Assembly: GCA_963787995.1 (NCBI GenBank)
Contig: CAWBEO010000001.1
Location: 78,337 to 142,336 of the forward strand
Direction: 5' to 3'
Source of the DNA: an uncultured Acidobacteriaceae bacterium
Lineage (GTDB): Bacteria; Acidobacteriota; Terriglobia; Terriglobales; Acidobacteriaceae
DNA length: 64,000 nt
Both the position numbers and the translations under genes were made by a program. Numbering within the stretch: the first letter of the stretch is position 1; each line of letters opens with the position of its first letter. Under the pieces are notes generated by a model that worked only from the letters and a program-made list of their open reading frames with translations, searched no databases and was not told where the DNA came from. Positions 56,539 to 64,000 of this stretch are shown here, piece after piece.

Positions 56539-58290
56539 TTATTGCCTTTCAGTCTCCGTCACGCCATACGATTCCAGAACATCCTGGAGCGTCACCACGC
56601 CTTCCAGCTTGTGAATATCGGCACGATGAATGACCGGCAACTGATCCAGGTGGTATGCGCTCATCCGTTCCAGCGCCAGATGCAGGGCCTGATCCAGATG
56701 CACATGCGGCACAGCTTGCGTTTCCACAATCTCCCTCAGCGGTCGTTCCTTTCTTCCATCAACCAATGCGCATTCCAGCCTCTCTCTGGTCAGCATTCCC
56801 AGAAAATAATCGTTGTCCACCACGGGCCAACTGCGGCTTTGCGCACAGCGAGTCTGTTCGATGACATTCTCGACGAGCATTTGCCCAGAGAGAATCTCTG
56901 GCGAGCGCCGTATAACCTGAGCGACCGTACGCCGGTTGCCTTCGTGCAACGTGCCGTGAGCAGGCAGATGAATCCCATCCTGCTGCGCCAGCGCTTCATA
57001 AATAGGTTGCTTCTGAAAGCGCCTGGAGATGGCCAGACTGGTCAGGTTGGCGATCATCAGTGGAACAATCACGGCATAATCGCGCGTCATTTCAAAGATC
57101 ATCAGCACCGAGGTCATCGGCACGCGCACGATTCCGGCGAAGACCGCGCCCATGCCTACCAGCGCGTATGCGCCCGGCGTGGCCGTGTATCCGGGCAGCA
57201 GATGATGCGCCACGGTGCCGACTGCGCCTCCCAGCATGGCGCCGAGAAAGAGCGACGGGCCAAAGATTCCGCCCGCGTTGCCGGAGGCGTAGCTGACCGT
57301 GACGCCAATCAACTTGAGCGCCAGCAGCATCAGCATCAGCTTGAGCGCCATCGATCCATTCAGCGCATTGCCTACATAAAAATATCCGACACCCAGAAGC
57401 TGCGGCACAAACCAGCCCATCAAGCCTACCGTCAATCCGCCCACCACCGGATGCCACCACTGCGTATTCCTGGGCAAACTCTGAAAGAATTTGCGCATGG
57501 CCAGCAGGAGCTTGGTGAAAGCCACCGAAAGAAAGCCGCCGGCAATGCCCAGAAGCGCGTAGATGCCGAACTCCAGCGGATGAACCAGGGTATAATCCGG
57601 CACTTGAAAGAGGGGATTATTGCCCAGCAACAAGCGCATCATCGCCCACGAAGTGGCCGAGGCCAACACGACCGAGCCAAGAATCGGCGCGTTCATATCG
57701 CCCATGACCTCTTCCAGGGCAAAGAGCACTGCGGCCATCGGCGTATTGAAGGCAGCGGCGATGGCCGCAGCGGCTCCAACGGGGATCAGAGCCTTCACTT
57801 TTTCTGGACGCAGTCCCAGCCAGCGGCCCAGGACCGAGGCGATTCCCGCGCCCACCTGGACCGAGGGGCCCTCGCGGCCTAGCGGGATGCCGCAAGCCAG
57901 CGTGGTCGCCGTGCAAAAGAACTTGCCCAGTACGGTGCGCAGCGAGATGAATCCATCGCGCGCAAACAGAGCAGCCTTGGTCTGTGGAACGCCGCTGCCT
58001 CGCGCATTGGGAAAGTACCGGTAGAGCAGGTAACCCATCGCCAATGAGCCGCCCACCGGCATGGCGATGCGCCTCCACGCGGCGCTGCCTACCGGAAAAA
58101 AGCGTATGCCCACACGCTCCGTAAGGACAATGAATGCCACCACAGCCAGCCCGGTGAGCGCGCCGATCAGCAGCGAGAGAAGAAGAAAGATCTGCTCTTC
58201 GCGCTCATGCAGTTGCGCGCTCCAGCCCGATTCAAAAAACGCGCGCCAGCTTCTTTTTGGCGGGTCTTCAGCATGAGTGGCAAAGCCCAT
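56539..58290 (-). CDS. ClC chloride channel/transporter with CBS domains
   Basis: GSGVP, GREGP, GGIFGP signatures; C-terminal CBS pair. Confidence 0.95.
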   Translation of the reverse strand: MGFATHAEDPPKRSWRAFFESGWSAQLHEREEQIFLLLSLLIGALTGLAVVAFIVLTERVGIRFFPVGSAAWRRIAMPVGGSLAMGYLLYRYFPNARGSGVPQTKAALFARDGFISLRTVLGKFFCTATTLACGIPLGREGPSVQVGAGIASVLGRWLGLRPEKVKALIPVGAAAAIAAAFNTPMAAVLFALEEVMGDMNAPILGSVVLASATSWAMMRLLLGNNPLFQVPDYTLVHPLEFGIYALLGIAGGFLSVAFTKLLLAMRKFFQSLPRNTQWWHPVVGGLTVGLMGWFVPQLLGVGYFYVGNALNGSMALKLMLMLLALKLIGVTVSYASGNAGGIFGPSLFLGAMLGGAVGTVAHHLLPGYTATPGAYALVGMGAVFAGIVRVPMTSVLMIFEMTRDYAVIVPLMIANLTSLAISRRFQKQPIYEALAQQDGIHLPAHGTLHEGNRRTVAQVIRRSPEILSGQMLVENVIEQTRCAQSRSWPVVDNDYFLGMLTRERLECALVDGRKERPLREIVETQAVPHVHLDQALHLALERMSAYHLDQLPVIHRADIHKLEGVVTLQDVLESYGVTETERQ

Positions 58291-58413
58291 GCCTATAGTT
58301 TACTCGGATGCTCTTCCGCGCCTGATAACCATCATTCTGATATTAAAGATCAACAATTCCTGAATTAGGCCACCTTTCCTCAACCGCGGCAAATGTTCTA
58401 TAGTTCCCTTGCT

Positions 58414-60258
58414 ATGAATTTCAAATTTCGCAACACACTTCCGCTCCTCGCCGCTTTGCTCCAGCTCATCCCTACCGCTCCGGCCCAAACCGCTCCCGCC
58501 AAGCCCACCGTCGCCGACGCCCTGGCCTTCATCGTCAGCGCGGAAAATGAGCTGGCAAAGATGAGCATTGAAATCAACCGCGCCGAATGGGTCGAAGAGA
58601 CCTACATCACCGACGACACCGTCGCGCTGAATGCCGCGGCCAACGACCGGCAGATCGCCCGCCAGACCGCGCTGATCTATGAGGCGCGCAAATTCGACGG
58701 CCTCCCGCTGCCGCCCGACGCTGCCCGCAAGTTGCTGCTGCTCAAGCTGGGCATCGGCCTGCCCGCCCCGCAAGACCCCGCCCTGCGCGCGGAAACCACG
58801 CAATTGGCCGCCCAGCTCGACGCCGCCTATGGCCGCGGAAAGTATTGCCCAGACAGCAAGCCCGACAACTGTTTGGGCATCGACGACATCAACATCAAAA
58901 TGGCCGCAAGCCGCGACCCCAAGGAGTTGGCAACCCTCTGGGCCGGCTGGCACCAGGTCGGCCCGCCAATGCGCAACGACTACGCCCGCCTTGCCGAGTT
59001 GAGCAACCAAGGTGCCCGCGAGCTGGGCTTTGCCGACACCGGCGCGCTCTGGCGCTCGCAGTACGACATGACGCCCGAAGAGTTTCAAGCCGAGATCGAG
59101 CGCCTCTGGACCCAAGTCGAGCCGCTCTACCGCGAGTTGCACACCTACGTCCGCCGCAAGCTGATTGAGAAATACGGAGACGCCGCTCGCCGCCCAGACG
59201 GCATGATCCCTGGCCACCTCCTCGGCAATATGTGGGCGCAGGAGTGGGGCAACATCTACGACGTGGTCGCCCCACCCGCCAGTCCCTTGCCATACGACCT
59301 GGGCGCAATCCTCAAGGCCCGCAACACGTCGCCTGAGCAACTGGTCCGCTACGGTGAGGGATTCTACAAGTCGCTCGGCTTTGACGCGCTCCCTGACACC
59401 TTCTGGCAGCGCTCCATGCTCTCTCACCCACGCGACCGCGACGTGGTCTGCCATCCCAGCGCATGGGATGTGGACAACGACCGCGACGTGCGCATCAAGG
59501 CCTGCTTCCAGCCCACCGCCGACGACTTCGTTACCGTCCATCACGAACTGGGCCACAACTATTATCAGATGGCCTATCGCAACCAGCCCTACTTCTTCCA
59601 GGGCGGCGCCAACGACGGCTTCCACGAGGCGATCGGCGACTCCATCGCCCTCAACGTCACCCCGGTTTACCTCAAGAAGCTCGGCCTCATCGACACCGTC
59701 CCGCCGGAGAGCGCCGACATTCCGCTGCTGCTGCACACCGCGCTCGACAAGATCGCCTTCCTGCCCTTCGGCCTGCTCATCGACAAATGGCGCTGGCAGG
59801 TTTACAGCGGCGAAATCATTCCCAAGCACTACAACATCGCCTGGTGGGCCTTGCGCGAGAAGTATCAGGGCATCGCCCCGCCCGTCGCCCGCACCGAGGC
59901 TGACTTCGATCCCGGCGCAAAGTACCACATCCCCGGCAACGTGCCGTATATGCGCTACTTCCTCGCCCGCGTCTATCAGTTCCAGTTCTATCGCGCCATG
60001 TGCCAGGCCGCAGGCTACAAAGGCCCGCTTAATCGCTGCTCGGTCTACGGCTCCAAGGAAGCCGGCGCGCGCCTGAATGCCATGCTCGCGATGGGCCAAT
60101 CCAAGCCCTGGCCCGAGGCCCTGAAAGAAATGACCGGGAGCGACAAAGCCGACGCCAGCGCCATCGTCGAATACTTCCAGCCGCTACTGGATTGGCTCAA
60201 GGAGCAGAACAAAGGCGAAAAAGAAGGCTGGACGCTGCCCGCCGATCCGCTGAAGTAA
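58414..60258 (+). CDS. M2-family metallopeptidase (ACE-like peptidyl-dipeptidase)
   Basis: Signal peptide; HLLGNMWAQ, CHPSAWD, HHELGH, GFHEAIGD, FDPGAKYH. Confidence 0.95.
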   Translation: MNFKFRNTLPLLAALLQLIPTAPAQTAPAKPTVADALAFIVSAENELAKMSIEINRAEWVEETYITDDTVALNAAANDRQIARQTALIYEARKFDGLPLPPDAARKLLLLKLGIGLPAPQDPALRAETTQLAAQLDAAYGRGKYCPDSKPDNCLGIDDINIKMAASRDPKELATLWAGWHQVGPPMRNDYARLAELSNQGARELGFADTGALWRSQYDMTPEEFQAEIERLWTQVEPLYRELHTYVRRKLIEKYGDAARRPDGMIPGHLLGNMWAQEWGNIYDVVAPPASPLPYDLGAILKARNTSPEQLVRYGEGFYKSLGFDALPDTFWQRSMLSHPRDRDVVCHPSAWDVDNDRDVRIKACFQPTADDFVTVHHELGHNYYQMAYRNQPYFFQGGANDGFHEAIGDSIALNVTPVYLKKLGLIDTVPPESADIPLLLHTALDKIAFLPFGLLIDKWRWQVYSGEIIPKHYNIAWWALREKYQGIAPPVARTEADFDPGAKYHIPGNVPYMRYFLARVYQFQFYRAMCQAAGYKGPLNRCSVYGSKEAGARLNAMLAMGQSKPWPEALKEMTGSDKADASAIVEYFQPLLDWLKEQNKGEKEGWTLPADPLK

Positions 60259-60267
60259 CGCATTCAA

Positions 60268-60295
60268 TCCCAGGTCCGAAACTCCGGACCTGGGA
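60268..60295. terminator. REP-like hairpin/bidirectional terminator between convergent genes
   Basis: TCCCAGGTCCG-loop-CGGACCTGGGA, 11-bp stem. Confidence 0.6.
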
Positions 60296-60357
60296 ATCCA
60301 CGAACCCCATGCGAGCGAATAGCGAGCGGCTGGCTCCACCGCAGGTGGCGCAGGTGC

Positions 60358-61440
<1,083 letters not shown>

Positions 61441-61665
61441 TCAGAGCCTATTGTAAGGCCCAGGGCCGGAAACTGCACTGCAACCGCGACAAAGGTCGCG
61501 AATGGCTGTCCCAAGGCGGTAAACGGCTGGGCGCTGCCAAGGCCGTAGTTGAGGTTGACGCATAACGTCTTGCGCCCCGAGCTTTTCTGTTGACAAGGCC
61601 GGCTCTGGGCGTTAGCTTGGTTGCACCGTATATACCATTCAAGATTCCTTTTAAGGGGGCGCTCA

Positions 61666-61860
61666 TTGACACCGCAATGTCCGTTTTGTGGCCACGAGGC
61701 GATGCCGTTTATGCAGAAAAAGGGGTTGTCGACCGGCGGGTGGATCTTCTTTGCTGTTATGCTGCTCTGCTGCTTCCCGCTGTGCTGGCTTCCGTTTGTC
61801 ATTGACGGATGTAAAGAAGAAGTGTGGACATGCCCCAGTTGCGGCATCCGGAGAGCTTGA
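61666..61860 (+). CDS. LITAF-like zinc-ribbon membrane protein
   Basis: TTG 61666 after AAGGGGG; CPFC - hydrophobic stretch - CPSC. Confidence 0.7.
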   Translation: MTPQCPFCGHEAMPFMQKKGLSTGGWIFFAVMLLCCFPLCWLPFVIDGCKEEVWTCPSCGIRRA

Positions 61861-62228
61861 CGGGGCGGGCGGTTCGCGCCTGCGCCTTGGGACTCTTCGG
61901 CTTTTATCTGGCCTGGAACGCTGTCTGGATCGCCAAAGGGCGGATTCCACCCTCGATCCTGAGAGCTTGCACTGGTATTCCCAGTCCCACTACGGGAGGA
62001 TACCGGAGCTTTATGGCGCTCTCTTCCGGCCATTTTGCTCAGTCCTTCCTCTTCAATCCGTTGATGCCTGTTTATCTTTTGCTTTTCGGCTATTCCATGG
62101 CCGTCCTGCTGCGCCAGGCAATCCGCCGAGAACGGCTTGTCCTGCGGCCACTGGTTGCCTGGATGTGGTGTGTGGCGCTTATCCTCGGATGGGTGGCAAA
62201 GTTTGCTCTGGGCAGGCAGTACTGGTAA
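61857..62228 (+). CDS. DUF2752-like membrane protein
   Basis: ACTGIPSPTTGGYRS...FNPL pattern; TTG start overlaps upstream TGA (start uncertain). Confidence 0.7.
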   Translation: MTGRAVRACALGLFGFYLAWNAVWIAKGRIPPSILRACTGIPSPTTGGYRSFMALSSGHFAQSFLFNPLMPVYLLLFGYSMAVLLRQAIRRERLVLRPLVAWMWCVALILGWVAKFALGRQYW

Positions 62229-62396
62229 GCGAACCGGCTTGAGCTGGAGCATTGACGCGTGGTTTTACGCTCGTTTTCGCGCTTCAATCATTCCATGCAG
62301 CACACCTTCGAGGAAATTCGACAGTGGCCGCGAAAGAGTTCGGCAGCGATCCTAAGTTGATACCTCTCTTGATCGCCCATTTATTCGGCCATCGCA

Positions 62397-63584
62397 CTAG
62401 ACGGCAATCCGCGGCACGCGCTGGCTGATGCGCGTGAATACTTCCCAGGGGATTGTTCCTGAGGCTTCGGCGTGGTCGAAGGCGGTGATGCTTTCGCCGC
62501 CCTGCGCACCCAGAATGACCACATCATCGCCCGGCTCAACGCCGGGAATATCGGTCACATCCAGAACCGCCTGATCCATGCTGACGCGGCCCACCAGCGG
62601 CGCACGCTCCCCGCGAACCAGCAGGCTAAAACGATTGCCGAGCCGCCGGTCGAGGCCGTCAGCGTAACCGGCTGCCACCAGCGCCAAGCGCATTGGCTCG
62701 GTGGCGACAAAGGTTCCGTTATAGCCGACAACGGCGCCGGCCTGGACCGAGCGGAGGCTAACTACACGTGTCTTCCATTCCAGCACCGGACGTAGCCGCG
62801 CGCGGGCCGCGGAGATGGATGGAGGCTCTTGCTGCTCAAACTCCGGATCGAAGCGCGGGATCAGGCCGTAGAGCGCCAGACCGGGGCGCAGCAGCGCCTT
62901 CATCCCGTGGCGGGCGGCAAGGTTGGCCATCTGCGCTGCGCGGCCGGCCAGCAGCGAAGCGGAGTTGCCGATATTGAGCCACTCCGGGAAGATTCCCGCG
63001 TCGGTGACCACGGCCAGCGCCGCGTCCATGCGGACCAGTTGCGCTTCGGTAACCGCGCCGTCGGCCTCGTCGGCGGCAAAGAAATGGGTCATCACGCCAT
63101 CCAGGCGCAGCGGCGACGCCGGATGAAAACGGACCAGCAGCGGCGCAAGCTCCTTCAGGCCAACCCCCTGGCGGCTCATGCCGGTGTCGATCTCCAGATG
63201 AACAGGGAGCGAACCGGCTGCTGCGCCCGCTGCAAGAGCAGCGCCCTCCAACTCGTCCAACTGCGACGGCTCCCATGCAACGGCGGTCAAGTGATGGCGC
63301 GCCATAGCCGCACCTTGGCCGGGAAATACGCCGCCAATCACCAGTATTTGCGGTTCGGGGCAGAGAGAGCGCGCGGCCACGCCCTCTTCCACGCTGGCCA
63401 CACCCAGCCAGCGCGCACCGGCGTGCGCCACGGCGGGCGCGCAAAGATCAAGCGAGTGGCCGTAGGCATTGGCCTTGACGATGGCCAGCAGTTCGGCGTG
63501 GGGCGCGGCCAACTCAGAGAGAAAGCGGCAGTTGTCTTCCAGGGAGCGGGTGTCGAGTTCCACCCAACAGGGGCGCATTGGCAT
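62397..63584 (-). CDS. alr: Alanine racemase
   Basis: AIVKANAYGH (PLP Lys), HLEIDTGMSRQG, GYADG, GRVSMD. Confidence 0.95.
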   Translation of the reverse strand: MPMRPCWVELDTRSLEDNCRFLSELAAPHAELLAIVKANAYGHSLDLCAPAVAHAGARWLGVASVEEGVAARSLCPEPQILVIGGVFPGQGAAMARHHLTAVAWEPSQLDELEGAALAAGAAAGSLPVHLEIDTGMSRQGVGLKELAPLLVRFHPASPLRLDGVMTHFFAADEADGAVTEAQLVRMDAALAVVTDAGIFPEWLNIGNSASLLAGRAAQMANLAARHGMKALLRPGLALYGLIPRFDPEFEQQEPPSISAARARLRPVLEWKTRVVSLRSVQAGAVVGYNGTFVATEPMRLALVAAGYADGLDRRLGNRFSLLVRGERAPLVGRVSMDQAVLDVTDIPGVEPGDDVVILGAQGGESITAFDHAEASGTIPWEVFTRISQRVPRIAV

Positions 63585-63701
63585 CGAGAGGTCCAAAGAT
63601 CAGTTTAGCGCGAACGGGGGGCGCGGATTCCGGATTGAACGCGCATGATTTCCGGTCGAAAGCATTTTCGGAAGGAACTTCCTCCTGCGAAAAAGCGATT
63701 C

Positions 63702-64000
63702 TCATCCTTTTTCCTTCAACTCCTGTTGCAGTTCTTCCAGCAGATTCAGCGCTTGCAGCGGTGTGAGCTGGTTCACGTCCGTTGCTTCAATGCGGTCCAC
63801 GATGCGCTGCGAGAGCGGCGTGAAGATGGTCATCTGCATTGGCTCCGGCTGCGTTTCCACCTGCACGCTCTGGCGCTCCTGCTTCTCGTGCTGGCGGAGC
63901 ACGTGGCGGGCGCGCTCGATGACAGCGGAGGGAAGGCCGGCGAGGCGGGCCACTTCAATGCCATAACTTTTGCTGGCCGCGCCGGGTTCGATGTTATGCA
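63702..64000 (-). CDS. mutS: DNA mismatch repair protein MutS, C-terminal part (truncated by window edge)
   Basis: [19 protein letters not shown]...[10 protein letters not shown]. Confidence 0.92.
   Translation of the reverse strand, partial: HNIEPGAASKSYGIEVARLAGLPSAVIERARHVLRQHEKQERQSVQVETQPEPMQMTIFTPLSQRIVDRIEATDVNQLTPLQALNLLEELQQELKEKG

Overview
Bacterial chromosomal window, most likely Acidobacteriota (inferred from the VWFA/sortase module, lineage-typical REP-like palindromes, S53 protease architecture and Rhs style). It has three blocks. (1) 1-19.5 kb: accessory envelope and stress-type cluster with an LPKTA substrate, VWA protein and class D sortase, MlaEFD, OmpA, GT4 plus GH130, NRAMP, CsbD, Crp/Fnr, SYLF and small membrane proteins. 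(2) 19.8-49.5 kb: a minus-strand polymorphic-toxin island. In transcription order it encodes a 1.4k-aa putative beta-pore-former/Ig protein, a 1.35k-aa Rhs/YD protein that stops before the Rhs core, an Ig-repeat/phage-fibre protein with a peptidase-G2-like intramolecular chaperone, and three tandem signal-peptide-bearing Rhs C-half toxins (nuclease-like, Tae2/BPSL0067-like, Tlde1/DUF2778-like), each with its own immunity gene. A fourth cassette is reduced to a signal peptide plus orphan immunity gene. REP-like elements mark the cassette junctions, an IS481 end marks the left edge, and a divergent S53 protease sits on the right. (3) 50-64 kb: core genes xylE (with an unusual two-helix insertion), proS, mrcB, ClC channel, M2 peptidase, mreB, a LITAF-like/DUF2752 pair, alr and the 3' end of mutS. 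The leading candidate for an undescribed system is the split-Rhs, Sec-exported, ABC(Tc)-analogous toxin locus. No tRNA, rRNA or CRISPR array was seen. Family assignments come from motif recognition by eye; no searches were run.
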